Shown: one piece after another, positions 1 to 12,484 of the stretch
How the letters are laid out: each line of letters opens with the position of its first letter
Numbering within the stretch: the stretch's first letter is position 1
Assembly (NCBI GenBank): GCA_028534125.1
Contig: CM052816.1
Location: 81,470,001 to 81,534,000 of the forward strand
Direction of reading: 5' to 3'
Length of the DNA stretch: 64,000 nt
Source of the DNA: Lama glama
Taxonomy: Eukaryota
The notes under the pieces: model-generated
Databases searched by the model: none
Told to the model about the DNA's origin: nothing
The model's input: only the letters and a program-made list of their open reading frames with translations
Translations under genes and position numbers: made by a program

Positions 1-234
1 CCTTTTGAGGAGCCGCCAGACTTTTCCACAGCAACTGCTCCATTGTACGTTCCTACAAGCAGTGTATGAGGGGTCCGCTTTCTTCACATTGATACTGATT
101 TTTTTTAAGAAACTCTTAAAATATTCAGAAGTGAATATGTGTCTTTTTCTTCTCATTATTGTATCTGTAATCTAAGTGTAAAACTTTTAGGGGCATTTCT
201 GACTTTTTATTATGTATTTGCTTTCCTTTTATCA

Positions 235-725
235 AGCACTTCATTTATTCATTCAGTAAACATTTTTGAGTGCCTGCTATGTGCCAGACAGTGTCTTAGC
301 TACTAGAGGTACAGCCTAAAAACCCCTGCTCTCCTGGAGCTTTCCTTCGAGACAGAGGAAAACGAGGATAGAATAAATGAGCAGTTATACTAAAAGGAAA
401 AGTGCTATGGAGAAAATAGACCAGGCAAGGGGGTAGGGCGTGCCGAAGCTGTTGGCGGGGAGGGTGGATCAGGCGGAGGAAACAGCAGGGGCAAAGGCCC
501 TGAGGTGGAATCTTGTCTGGCTTACATGAGATGCAGCGAGGATCTCCCACAGCCCAGGCTCTGAAGAGGAGTGAGCATGGGACAGTAGTAGGAGGCGAGG
601 TCAGGAAGGAGAGGGGCGGCTGACTGCTGACTGGCCAGGAGGCTCTCAGAATTTACTTTGCAGTGCGGAGGAGTCTGAGCAGGGGCGTGATGTGACCTGA
701 CCTACATTTTTAAAGGGTGACTCTG
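235..725 (-). mobile_element. L2 LINE 3' fragment (old)
   Basis: tcatttattcattcagtaaacatttttgagtgcctgctatgtgccag is the typical reverse-complemented L2 3' end; boundaries approximate. Confidence 0.65.
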
Positions 726-1168
726 CATAATCCTTTTTTGGAAACTTGAATCTTATCATTTTGGAACATAATCCCCAACACCCTGCTAACAGTTTCAGAA
801 ATTTTGTATTCTTAGAGCATTTTGTGTTCGTGGTTCTGAAGGGCCTCTTAAGCAGATCAGTTTTGATTGGATCAATGTCAGACATTTATGAGGTTTGCCT
901 TCTTGTTACAGCACGAACTGGGGTGACAGAAGGGAGGGGCCTGCAGAGCAGCTGTTGTGTCACATATGCCCCACTCCTGCCCTGCTCGCTCTTACTCAGA
1001 AGGAGGTCGGAAGCCCCTGCTCCTAGGAGGCGATGTTTCATGATGTGATATTGACACTGATAGGAGGCATCCCCACTCCTAGGATTGTTTTTAAAAATCC
1101 TGCCACAAATGGATTCATTTGGATTCATTGGTATTTGCATAGGTGTCAACCCATCAAAAGTATACCAG

Positions 1169-1584
1169 CAACATGGATGTCCCCGGAGAACATCATTCTA
1201 AGTGAAGTAAGCCAGAAAGAGAAAGAGAAATACCATATGAGATTGCTTATATGTGGAATCTAAAAAAAAAAAAGAGACAAATGAATTTATTCACAAAACA
1301 GAAGCAGACTCACAGACATAGAAAACAAACTTACGGTTACAGGGTGGGAGGAGGTGGGAAGGGATAAATTGGGAGTTTGACATTTATAGATACGAACTAC
1401 TTATAGATAAAATAGATAAACAACAAGTTCCTACTGTATAGCACAGGGAACCATATTCAATATCTTGTAGTAACTTATGGTGAAAAAAATATGAAAACAA
1501 ATACATGTATGTTCCTATATGACTGAAGTGCTGTACACCAGCAATTGACACAACATTGTAAACTGAAGATACTTCAATTAAAAA
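1169..1584 (+). mobile_element. 5'-truncated L1 3' end with poly(A) and 13-bp TSD
   Basis: L1 ORF2 tail/3'UTR (ctaagtgaagtaagccagaaagagaaagagaaatacc); TSD AAAAGTATACCAG at 1156-1168 and 1585-1597. Confidence 0.9.
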
Positions 1585-2109
1585 AAAAGTATACCAGGTA
1601 GAGAAGGTGGAGGAAGTGGGGTGTGGGAGGGGGCTTCTAATCAGTGGTCAGTGGGGAGAATGGAGCCTTAGCAAGATTTTGGGGCTCAGATCATTCAGTG
1701 CAAACACACTGCCCTGGACTGCCCTAGCCATACACACTCACCCCCACACACATGCATCCCCTGTTTTCTGTCCCGTGGGGATGATGAAAGCTGTGCTTTA
1801 TTTCTCACCTAAACCAGGATGGTTGCTGCCTGCATGGTCTCCTCCACCCACTGTGGTCCCCAGCATCTGTATAACAGGCTGGGTGAGTGTCTCCAGGACG
1901 CTTCTCTTTGTCCTCTCCCCTGCTTGGGTGGCTCCTTGCTGTTCATGGTACAGTGAATAAAACTTCTAACAGGTGCTACCAGGCCCATCATGGTTTGATC
2001 CTGCCTAACTCTCCAGCTTTGTGTACATCCCTCTAGCCACCCTGACTCCCCCCCCAACCCTGCCCCAGGGCCTTGCCCATGTGGTCTCCTGTCCAGGATG
2101 CTCCTTTTG

Positions 2110-2412
2110 CCTCTAGCTGCCCAGTTCCTTCCTGTTTACCCATCAGACCTCTGCTCAGGTGTCTTGTTCAGGGAGCCTTCCCAAGACTGAGCGAGAGTCT
2201 CACCTTCACTGTGAGAGCCGTCACTGCACTGTGTACCTCTCCCCACAGCTTCTTCCTGTTACGAGTTTATCACCCTTTGGTTAACATGTGTGTGTGCAGC
2301 CCATCAGCTCTGGGGAATCAGGAACACGGTGTTTGTTCGTCTGTATATCCTCAGTACCAAGTATAGTGCCTGGCTTCTAAGAGTCACTCAATAAATAGGA
2401 GACAGAATGAAT
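2110..2412 (+). mobile_element. L2 3' end fragment
   Basis: Ends ...tagtgcctggc...ctcaataaata...gaatgaataaa, the canonical L2 terminus. Confidence 0.6.
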
Positions 2413-2429
2413 AAATTAGCAAAAGCCCC

Positions 2430-2568
2430 TCTTGTGGTAGCTCACAGTAAAAAGTGTATGACAATGAATGTATGTATGTTCATGTATAACTGAAAAATTG
2501 TGCTGTACGCTGGAAATTGACACAACATTGTAAACTGATTATAACTCAATAAAAATAAAATTTAAAAA
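2430..2568 (+). mobile_element. Very short 5'-truncated L1 3' end with TSD
   Basis: Shares aattgacacaacattgtaaactga with the 1169-1584 element; A tail; TSD aaatta(g/a)caaaagcccc at 2413-2429 and 2569-2585. Confidence 0.85.
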
Positions 2569-3399
2569 AAATTAACAAAAGCCCCAGTGGTTAGAGGGGG
2601 ACCCCAGTGAGTCTGAATAAGAATAAGAAACAGTGTTTACTTCACCTTCCCCCAGGGTAAGAGCTGGCTATTCCAGAACCACAGTCTGTTCCTTTTCCGG
2701 AAAAGCCTTTCTCATCTCACCTCCCTGTGAAGGTAAAGCGGATTCTCAGTCCTGTTGGATGTGTAGCACCCTGTGAATTGCCTTGGCCACAGGAAGACAT
2801 TCTGCACTGCTGTTGCTCCAGGGGTTCCCTCACCCGAACTAACGCTGTGCTTGCATGGCTCATGCAGCTTTCCTTGAATAAAGTCAGCTCCTACTTGGAG
2901 AGGCTATTTACTTTGTCTGCAAAACCCATCCTGATGACTAAAATGATGGCTCTCCAAGGAGGCAGGGTCATTTGCTTGAAGATACAGGGAGTCTCACAGC
3001 GGAGCCTCTGTAGAACCACCTCAGGTTCACTGGGATGAGAGAGGACATCACAGCCCCCCCAACCCCAGTGGTGCCGAGCTGTCTGTTTCTGGGCAGCCTC
3101 CTTTCTTCAGTGACTACATGGTACATGTGCTAATACACTTGGTTCTGACATTCTCCCTCCCCCTTTGGTGAAAGACTGTTTATAAAGAAAATTAACTGGT
3201 TAACCAACATTGTAAAATAATCAGTCTCACTAGTAGGGGAAGACATGCACATTTTTTTGAAGCAGTGTGGCCTCATGACAGCTTTGTAGAATGAGCTTCT
3301 GGCCAGGAGCTGAGAATCTGGTTTAAACAAATCCCACGGGTGACTCTCCTGTGAGGATCAAGAAGCAGTGGTCTGGGTGTGAGAGGGCGTCCAGCGCAG

Positions 3400-3700
3400 T
3401 GCTCGGCACAGTTGATCATGCAGTGCGGTCACCTGGAGCTTGTTAAATGCAGATTCCGCTTCTGTGGGTCTGGGGTCCGGCTTGCGAATCTGCTTTCCTT
3501 AGAAGTGTCTAGGTGACGCCACCGCACACTTACGAGTCGCAGGAGCTTCTAGAACAGCAGCTTTCATCCTGGTTGCACACCTGGAGAGCTTTTAATGCTT
3601 CCGACATTTAATAGTTCTGGGGTGGAGCCTGGACATGGGGAGTTCTTAAATCATCCCGTGTGATTTTAATGGGCAGCCTGGGTTTGAGAGCCACTGATCT
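3400..3700. mobile_element. MER5-like hAT-Charlie DNA transposon remnants
   Basis: cacctggagcttgttaaatgcagattc...ggtctggggt...gaatctgc and ...tttgagagccactg motifs. Confidence 0.55.
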
Positions 3701-3909
3701 GTGAAGAGGTTTTTCCTTCAGCAACACTTGAAGAAGGGGCACGGACTCCCACCCACTCAAGCAGACGTGGAAGAAAATATTCCAAGCACTTCAAAGGCTC
3801 AGAAGCCAAATAATTCTAAATTTTAATGGGATTTGAGGTATCTTAACCTTGACCAGTGGTTCACAAACCTGGTTTTACATCACAGTATTATGGGAGCTTT
3901 CTTCTTTTT

Positions 3910-4510
3910 AATTACTTTGAAGTTTTTTTTTTCTTGGTAATGGAAAACTTCAAGCAGTGTAAAAGAAAGAGAATGTGAAGAATTCCCTTTTACCCATCAC
4001 CCAGCTTCAACAGTTAGTAACTCATGGCTAATCCTGTGTTTTCTATGCCTCTACCTATCCACTCCTCCCCTCGAGTACTTTGAAATAAATCCCAGAACTC
4101 ACCACACTTCAGTTGTACATCTCTACAAATCAAGGACTCTTTATACAAATATAATCATAAAGCCATTATCACACCTTTTAAATTTAACATTAATGCTTTA
4201 ATATCATTCAGTACCCAGTCAGGTGTTCAGATTGTCCCCACTTGTTTTATAAATTTTAAAAACAATATATCTTCCACTTTTAAATCTATTTTGTCATTAA
4301 TCAAGAGTCAATGACGTTGATAGCTTGAAAATGGTTAGATTTCTTATGCTTCTTAGTCTATAGATTTTCACACTGTCTTTTTCTTACAATTTGTTTGAAG
4401 AAACCAGGTCATTTGATAGTTTCCTACAGTCTGGATTTTCATGAACCTATCCATATGGTGATGTTTAAAATTTTGCTCCATCCCTATGAATTGATTAGAT
4501 CTAATGGCTT
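3910..4510 (-). mobile_element. Old L1M 3' region fragment
   Basis: tacccatcacccagcttcaacagtt and similar degenerate antisense L1M-type motifs. Confidence 0.5.
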
Positions 4511-4889
4511 GATCATGTTAAAATTATGACCTCCTCAACTCAGAAAATCCATCTTTCCCATGACCTAACACTAAAGAAATTTACTTCAAACATGCAACAT
4601 GTATACAAATACTATTTGATTATTTCCCATTGTAGTTTTTATACCACAGGCACCTTCTTATTTCTCACGAGACTCTATTTGAAGCTTTCTTAGTGAAAGG
4701 TGTTTACAGCTCCGCAGTGATAGAGCTCAAGTGACCTTTTTAATAGAAACTGGCATCTGCTAATTAGAAGAGGTGGTGTCCCTGTGTATATCTCTGATCT
4801 CTGCAACTCAGAAAACCTAGCTTTCCCACGTCCTGCTGCTTAAGAAGTTTGTTATTTCTAGAACCTAAATTTTCTTCTGTAGAAACTGA

Positions 4890-5360
4890 AGTCATGCTGC
4901 TTGGGTCCAGGTCTGCGCTCCACTAATACTTAAGTTCTATACCTGGAAAGGGCCTTTGTAGAGCTGCGTCTGTTTATCTGTAAAAAGGGGACTGATAATA
5001 GTAGTCCATACCTCTTAGTGTTGTTGGGAGGATTAAATGTTCTAATTGCCTAACGTGAATTATTCAGAGTCTGACACACAGGAAGCACTTCAGCGTTGTC
5101 GAGTACTTGATAAAATGCCTGGGCAGTGGTCATTGTGATTACTGGTTTTCATGTGTCTGACTGAGAGCAGCACAGGTACTTACATGGTCACTACGCAATG
5201 AGAAAGGTCACTCCCAATTTTGGAACCCATATACTAATAGATGTCAGATGTTCTAATTCTCTCATTTTATGTATGAGGAAATGGACCCAGAGAGATGCGT
5301 AACTTCCCTAGGGCTAGGCAGAATCAGAGGCAGAGCCGGGATTTGAACTCAGATTCCTGA
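4890..5360. mobile_element. Two MIR fragments in opposite orientation
   Basis: tttatctgtaaaaaggggactgataatagt...gaggattaaatg and ctcattttatgtatgaggaaatgg...ggatttgaactcag core motifs. Confidence 0.6.
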
Positions 5361-5523
5361 CTGATTTGGACAGAGACGGCTCAGCTGCGCTGATTCTTCT
5401 TAACAGGGAAATACGACCCCATGAGCCAACCCTCCTCTTAACTTCCTGTGTTTATGGACGTTGAGCTTTCATGTTTAGTGAATTAACTCCAGTACTACAA
5501 CTGATGACATCTCTTTCTTCTAG

Positions 5524-5599
5524 GTTGCCAGCATACTTTGTTGTCCCTACCCCTCTTCCTGAAGAAGACGTGTCACGCTTTCAGGGTCACGGCATACCA
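5524..5599 (+). CDS. MTMR12: MTMR12 internal coding exon (~exon 8 by human numbering), (R)LPAYFVVPTPLPEEDVSRFQGHGIP
   Basis: Pyrimidine tract ending TAG (5521-5523); donor GTAAGT at 5600; 76 nt, phase 2 to 0; peptide matches recalled MTMR12. Confidence 0.95.
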
Positions 5600-6542
5600 G
5601 TAAGTGCATCTGTTAGGGAGCCCTCACAGCATGGGTTGCTCCTGGGTCTATCCTGGCATATTATCCTACTTAAAGTGCTTGGCTTTGGTTTTAAAGAGTT
5701 TGTCCTCAGTCCAAGAGCAATCTAAAAATATCTCTGGGACTCCCTGGGGGAGCCTCTTCGACATGAGGCTCCCAGGGACAGAGTTCTGGAGCTTTCACAG
5801 ATGCGCTGCAGTTCTTAGCAGAGACATCTTTAAGGGGCTTTAGGGGGATTACAGATCTGCCTGGCGCTGAAAGCCAGCCTGACTTAACACCTGAGTCCTT
5901 TTGAGGCTGAGCCGTCCCTCTAGGGGCAGCAGGGTTTAAGGTTCTTTTTGGCCTGCACCACTAATCTGGAGTGGGCATGGCCGAGCTCTCTCCCAGAGAC
6001 GACGTGGAGAGCGTACTGAGTTTTCACAGAATAGACTGGGATGGGAGCCACATTTAATGTGTCACTGATCAAAGGAAGCAAGATTTTGGCAGTCATTTCA
6101 GTTTCTAATTGGCGGTTGGGAGTTGCCAAGCCTGCACGGACTTTGGTACAGAATGAGAATTGCAGATAAATGCTGTGCTGTGCGCACAGCTGGTTCACCA
6201 AAAGGGTCACTCCCGTGATGGGAGGTGAGATGTGTCAGCACGGGTCACGTGCCCAGAAGTGCATGCAGGCCTGGCAGGCGGTGAGGTGGAGCCTTGCAGT
6301 GAACCAGAGGCCCTGTGCCTGCTTGAAGGGGTGGCTGCTCCTCTGGGCCAGCTGGGTTGTGCCCTGGGAAAATGGGCCTGGCCTCTCCAGATGTCCCAGT
6401 TTCTCAGGAGGAATCAGAGAAATCAGATTTTTATGTGAGTTTTCCCGATTTCTAAATGCATGCAGCTGTTTAAATGTTTAAAAACATGTCTTTGGGACAG
6501 AGCTGGCTCATGTCCCACCAGTTTGCCGCCTTCGATTTAGAG

Positions 6543-7380
6543 CAGTGCTTCTCAAGCGTTCTGGTCTCAAGACTCTTTACACTCTTAACAACTGAGGACC
6601 TCAAAGAGCTTTTGTTTATGTGGTTGTGTCTGATGATACGTGCCAAATTAAAAATTAAAGCTGAAAAATGGTTTAATGTTTATTTTAGTAATAAACTCAT
6701 TACATGTTAATGTAAATATTTCTATGAAAAATAACTACGTTGTCCAAAACAAACAAACAAAAAGGAATTAGTACTGTTTTCCATTTTTGAAAATAGAAGA
6801 CAGCTACATTCTTATATCTGCTCCCTTTATTCAGGCTGCTGTGGTATGTTGGGTGTGGCTGAAGTGCATGAAGAAAACCCAGCCTCACACAGCTATGTAT
6901 TTGGGAAAGGGAGGAATATTTAATAGCCTTTTAGATAGATAATTAGGTAATATTATTCTTTGGTGGTATACCAAAAAATTGATAAGTGGTGGCTTCATAA
7001 AGGTTATTTGTAAGGAATCTGAAAACATAATGAACTTTTCATTCACTGCTAAATTAAAATCCGTTGGTCTATCTTATACTTAAAATGGATCTTAAAACAT
7101 GCATGATTTTAAAACAGAATACACTGGTTGTTTAGGAAATGCTGGTTCACTAGGTTGTGCAGATCATCCAAATGTTGACATACTTTCTTATGTAAAAAGT
7201 CACATTTATTAATATCATCCCTGTCTCATCAGAAACGTCTTTAAATACTGGGAAGCTGTTAAAGGCAGAGACTAGTTTTCCAAAATTCTGATTTTTGCTT
7301 GAAAGTTCAATTTTTATCATTGACAACAAATTGTCAGTTGTTTTCCTTGAAGTGATAGGCTCATTTCATTCTTTTTTTTT
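6543..7380 (+). mobile_element. Charlie1-like hAT DNA transposon fragment
   Basis: Starts cagtgcttctcaa...tttacactcttaa...gaggacctcaaagagcttttgtttatgtgg, as recalled for the Charlie1 terminus. Confidence 0.7.
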
Positions 7381-9149
7381 AAAGAATGAAAGTCTACCAT
7401 TCACCACAAGCTCCAATATGGCTTACAGGACAGTAGAAAAATATTATGTAAGATGGAATTTACACATTGACTCAGGGAACACAGCTCCCAGGACTCATCA
7501 CATAAAATTTACCAATGGCAACATTTAATATATTCACCATGCCGTGCAGCCATTATCGCTAGTTCTCTACACTTGCATATCTCTGTGCCTTTCACCCTGG
7601 CTTTTCACCTTGTCTCTTTTTCCTTGCCTTCACTTACTCTTCTTTGGGGAAGACTTGCATCATTTGTAATTTTGTTCATACCCTGGCTGCCATTCTAAGA
7701 GACTGCAGCCTCCTGGACCATCTGCTGAACTCCAGCCCTGAGCATTTATCTGTTCTTTTTGCTTGGGGCTGGTGAACATTGCTAGAGGTTTTTCAGACCA
7801 AACGGGAGAGCGTGCGTTAGCAGGTGCTTGACGACTGTTCCCTTGCCTCCTGCGGGCCTCGGCAGTCTCTTCTGAGCTCCTGCTGGTTCCCGGGTGCTTC
7901 TGTCCTGGGGCCAGTGCCAACAAGTTTTCATGCTCTCTAAGGTGGTGAGTCCACCCTTAACTCCTACTCTCCCCTCCTTCCATGGGTCTTGGAGAGCGAG
8001 CTTTGAGCCTCCGTGGCTTCCTTCTCTCCCTGGTCCTGTTGTCTCTCTCCCTGCTCCTGTTTTCTTCATTCTCCAGTCCAGACTCTGCCTGGGCTCTTGG
8101 TCTCCTCTGCCTAGATTTGTCTGGAACCTGCTTCTGTCACTCTGCCCCTTCTGAGCGTATCTACCCAGAAGGTCTGCTCTCTTGAAGGCGTGCTCAAGTC
8201 TCCCCTGACCTGAAGCGGTCCTTCCTTAAGAGTCAGGTACTGGCTTGTTCTCCCTGCTTGTACGACCAAGTGTATTTAAGCTCGGTGCTGATGTTCTGTG
8301 CTTGCCCCTCGACCCCTCCCTCCCACAGCCTGAATCCACCCGCATCCCGCTCTGCTGATCGGCCCTCCCAAGTCCCTGAGCCTGTGCGGCCCCCGTTCTC
8401 TGCACTGGATTTCTGGACGCTGAGCACACCCTCCATGTTTTGCCTCTTAAATTCCTGACTTGGCTTTAGAAGCACGGTGCTGTCTTGGTCCTCTTACCTC
8501 CTCGGTAGTTTCTCTCTTCTTTCTTCTGCTGCTTCCTACCTCCAGCTGCAGCTGTTCCCCTAAAGCTGTTTGGCTCTGTTAAGAGAGACACCTTGAGCTG
8601 TACCGAATAATGAATAAGCTCCCCTCCCTTTTAAAAATGCACAGGATTGTCAGACGAATTCTTGTCTATTGTCAAGTCATTCATGCTAAGAATCCTGTGT
8701 CCCTTTCCCAGACAGAAATTGGCGAGATTACTGTAGGAGAAGACAGTGTGTTTTTTGCTAAATTCCTGTGAGAAGTCTCTCTCTGACCAAGAATTTTGCT
8801 TGTTTTCTATTTATTGTTTCAAGCAGAGAATGTAAGGGAGTGGTCCCTTAGCACCTCCGCTCAGAGGAGACAGTATGGCTGAGCCCCCAGTAGGAAATGA
8901 GCTATGGCTGAATGACACAAAGGCCAGTCCTTTCTGCCCCATGGGAAGTGATAAAAAGGATGAAGAACACTTAATTTCTTAGTACCTGTCAGCAGTCACA
9001 GCTGAGCATCTCCCTCTCCCAGAGTGAGCGGCACCCACCCTGGGCCTTCAGCCCATCGCTGCCCGTGGCAGAGGGCCGAGCACCGCAGGGTGGCTTCTGC
9101 ATGTAGCACGATGTTGGCCAAGGGGATAGGAGGGCAGCAGAGGCCCTTG

Positions 9150-9649
9150 NNNNNNNNNNNNNNNNNNNNNNNNNNNNNNNNNNNNNNNNNNNNNNNNNNN
9201 NNNNNNNNNNNNNNNNNNNNNNNNNNNNNNNNNNNNNNNNNNNNNNNNNNNNNNNNNNNNNNNNNNNNNNNNNNNNNNNNNNNNNNNNNNNNNNNNNNNN
9301 NNNNNNNNNNNNNNNNNNNNNNNNNNNNNNNNNNNNNNNNNNNNNNNNNNNNNNNNNNNNNNNNNNNNNNNNNNNNNNNNNNNNNNNNNNNNNNNNNNNN
9401 NNNNNNNNNNNNNNNNNNNNNNNNNNNNNNNNNNNNNNNNNNNNNNNNNNNNNNNNNNNNNNNNNNNNNNNNNNNNNNNNNNNNNNNNNNNNNNNNNNNN
9501 NNNNNNNNNNNNNNNNNNNNNNNNNNNNNNNNNNNNNNNNNNNNNNNNNNNNNNNNNNNNNNNNNNNNNNNNNNNNNNNNNNNNNNNNNNNNNNNNNNNN
9601 NNNNNNNNNNNNNNNNNNNNNNNNNNNNNNNNNNNNNNNNNNNNNNNNN
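9150..9649. other. Assembly gap (500 N)
   Basis: Run of N. Confidence 1.
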
Positions 9650-10112
9650 TTATTTGGTCTCTTCAAGCCTTGGTTTCTCATTGTTAATGGGGATAATACT
9701 CATACTTGTCTCAGAGTGTGATTGTGAGAATTAAATGACTTGATTCATGTGAAATCCTGACATAATGTGCTGCACTCCAGCAATAGTCACTACCCTAATG
9801 ATGATGATGATGGTGATGTTTTTATCATCATCCACCAAGTTCCCAGCACAAAAGCCACATCAAAAGATGTATGTGAGACCTCAAGTGAGTCTGAGTGTGA
9901 CTACCTAGACCTGAGTTTTTCGTGGCTGTTTTTTAAAGACTAAATCAGTCTTTCATTGTGAGCACCTATTCCTTGGCATGACGAAGTTGAGTATATTCAG
10001 CTATTTAATACTTCAGGTGTAAATTTCCTTGTATGAATTAAAATACGAAGCTTCCCTGTCCTCTGTTAGGTGGTTTACATTATGTCTGGACAACCTTTAT
10101 TTCCCTCTGCAG

Positions 10113-10219
10113 ATATGGTGTTGGTCCTGCCACAATGGATGTGCCCTTTTGAAAATGTCCGCACTTCCCAAAGAACAGGATGATGGTATTCTACAAGTCC
10201 AGAAGAACTTCTTGGATGG
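10113..10219 (+). CDS. MTMR12: MTMR12 coding exon (~exon 9), IWCWSCHNGCALLKMSALPKEQDDGILQVQKNFLD(G)
   Basis: ttccctctgcAG acceptor; GTCAGT donor at 10220; 107 nt, phase 0 to 2. Confidence 0.95.
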
Positions 10220-10840
10220 GTCAGTACTGTTCTACATTTTGTAATCGTTTAGCTCAGTGTTTGTTTTCCAAGAAGCAGGGACGGTTCTCAGCAGCATGTC
10301 CATTTCGGTGTGCCTGCTGATACAGCGTTCAGTGCTTGGGGGTGGTCATTGCTAATTGGAAAGGAGTCATATAACATAATCGTGAAGAACATCAGCTTCA
10401 TTGTTTTTAGAGACGCACACTAATACATTTAAGAAAGTGATGTCTGTAATGTTAACGGTTATCAAATTAGGTCAAGGTATGTGTCACTGTGCTGTTCTTT
10501 TCTACTTTTCTGCATATTTGAAAAAATGTTAAATAAAAGGTTGAAAAAATCTAAACTGAATGAATAAAAAAGCAGAAAAGGCTTTGGAGTTCCATTGCCT
10601 TGGTTCAAATCATGGCTCCATCAGCTTATAAATGTCATAATCTTGGGCCAGGTGGTTCTGCTCCTGGTCCCTCTGCTTCCGCCTCCACTGACAGGGAAGG
10701 GCAGTCGTGGTAGTGACCTCGCTGCAGAGGGTGCGTAGACGGCAGGACCCTCACTGAGCCCTTCATGCAGATCCTGGCACAAGGGGCTATTTCTGACTCC
10801 TCCCTGCCCTTCTAATCTCTTGTTACTCTTTGATACCTAG

Positions 10841-10965
10841 AATTTACAAGACCATCCACAGGCCACCGTATGAAATTGTTAAAACCGAGGATCTGTCAAG
10901 CAACTTCCTATCCCTGCAGGAAATCCAGACCGCATACTCCAAATTTAAACAGCTGTTTCTGATAG
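10841..10965 (+). CDS. MTMR12: MTMR12 coding exon (~exon 10), IYKTIHRPPYEIVKTEDLSSNFLSLQEIQTAYSKFKQLFLI
   Basis: cctAG acceptor; GTGAG donor at 10966; 125 nt, phase 2 to 1. Confidence 0.95.
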
Positions 10966-12405
10966 GTGAGAAGGATGCTGCCACATGGGGAAAGACATGC
11001 CACATGGGTCAGATGACAGCTGGTGTCTTTTCCCTGGGTTCCTTGTGGTAGGACGCAGTGGTTCACAGCCGTGAGGGCCAGTGTCACCCTGTGGAGGGGC
11101 TGGTGGCCGGGGGGCCAGCTGCCGTCACCACACTTCTGCCACCGTTTTTCTACAGGCCCTTGGCGCACTGTCCCCTCTCGAGGCAGTGAACACAGAGCCA
11201 CCCTCCTCTTCTCTTCCTTTCCCAACACCCTGGTTGCCCAGTGGTGAGCGCTGGGCTTCTCCCTCGGGAAGTTGTAGACTGTGTAAGGCTTGTATTCACC
11301 AGCTATTCTATGAAGTGAGTCACCTGTTTTCCTTCGTGGTTTGTTGAATGGACTCCCCTCACCAAGTAGAATATTTTACTTCTTTTTTTCTGATTGAGCA
11401 TATTTTTTACAGTGAAAAAATTGAATTAAGCAGAAACGTACAAAGTAGAAAATGAAATATGCTCATCATAGTCACAGCCACTTCCCCTCCCAGGGTGCCC
11501 AGTGTGAACCGTTGAGAACCTGGATCAGATTCAATCAAGCCCAGTCACCTGCTGATTCTCTTCACTCTTGAATGAGTCTTTATCTCTGAGATTTGTCACA
11601 CTTTTTGTAACTTTTCCTAACTTTGACTTTTCAGCCTGGTGGTCTGATTTAGGATTCATTCATTCAGCTGACATTTGTTGAATTCCCATTACACACACTG
11701 ACCATGCTGGGCGTTGGAGATAGGATGAACGTGACACCGCGGGGGTGGGCGGGGGGGAAGCACGTGTACACTTCTAGGTGGAACACATGGGGATGCACGT
11801 TATGAACCAGATTCTTAAAAAGCACGCACCTGGCAGAGAAGTGAGATGGGACTTGTTGACGGAGGATGCGATTCTCACCATCCAGGACTGGCAGGGGGAT
11901 CTGCTTCTTACTGATTTGCGTTTGCAACTTTGACGTGCAGCAGACTTCTGTAAAATGCATGTCTTCTGTATCGGGATCCAGTGTGTGAGGGGTGTGCGTG
12001 TGTGTGTGTGTAGGATCCCAGCAGAAGCCGGCTCTCCCTCGGGCCTCTGCGGCGTCAGGCTGTGTCCTGCTGCATCTGCTTCTAGAAGCAGCAGCCGGAA
12101 TGTCGGCTGCGTCTGCCTGAGCGTGTCACTCTCCTTGTTGGGCTACAAGTGGACCATGGCTTGGTGGTCGAATTGTAGGGCACTTTTTATTTGAGCACTT
12201 AAAGTCTGTTTTTGCCTACCACTCCCTCCCAGGGGTTTACAGTTCAGAAACCACTTCAGCTGAAGTTGCAGAATGCCCTTCACTTAAAATGGAGGCTTGT
12301 GCTGGGTTCAGTCTGGGGCTGTGAGTCCAAGCAGCACTCATTTTACAGCAGGTGTGTCAGCAAACAGCGCCTGACTTCCTTACCGTCTTTCCTTTTTTTT
12401 TTCAG

Positions 12406-12484
12406 ATAATAGTACCGAATTTTGGGACACAGATATAAAATGGTTTTCCCTGCTGGAAAGTAGCAGCTGGCTTGACATTATCAG
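12406..12484 (+). CDS. MTMR12: MTMR12 coding exon (~exon 11), (D)NSTEFWDTDIKWFSLLESSSWLDII(R)
   Basis: T-rich tract and CAG (12403-12405); GTATTT donor at 12485; 79 nt, phase 1 to 2; translated by hand, this frame is absent from the ORF track. Confidence 0.95.

Noticed and set aside
7385..7530. Non-repeat-looking segment after the Charlie fragment, considered as a retroviral or pseudogene piece
   Set aside because: The plus-strand frames I translated gave no recognisable protein motif, and I saw no poly(A) tail or TSD
8989..9734. Long ORFs spanning the first N run
   Set aside because: Artefacts of the gap; MTMR12 exons on either side join in frame and colinearly, so no coding exon is missing there
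9798..9833. ATGATGA as a snoRNA C box, with a hairpin
   Set aside because: Low-complexity (TGA)n tract at the end of a MIR-like fragment; no convincing D box with terminal stem
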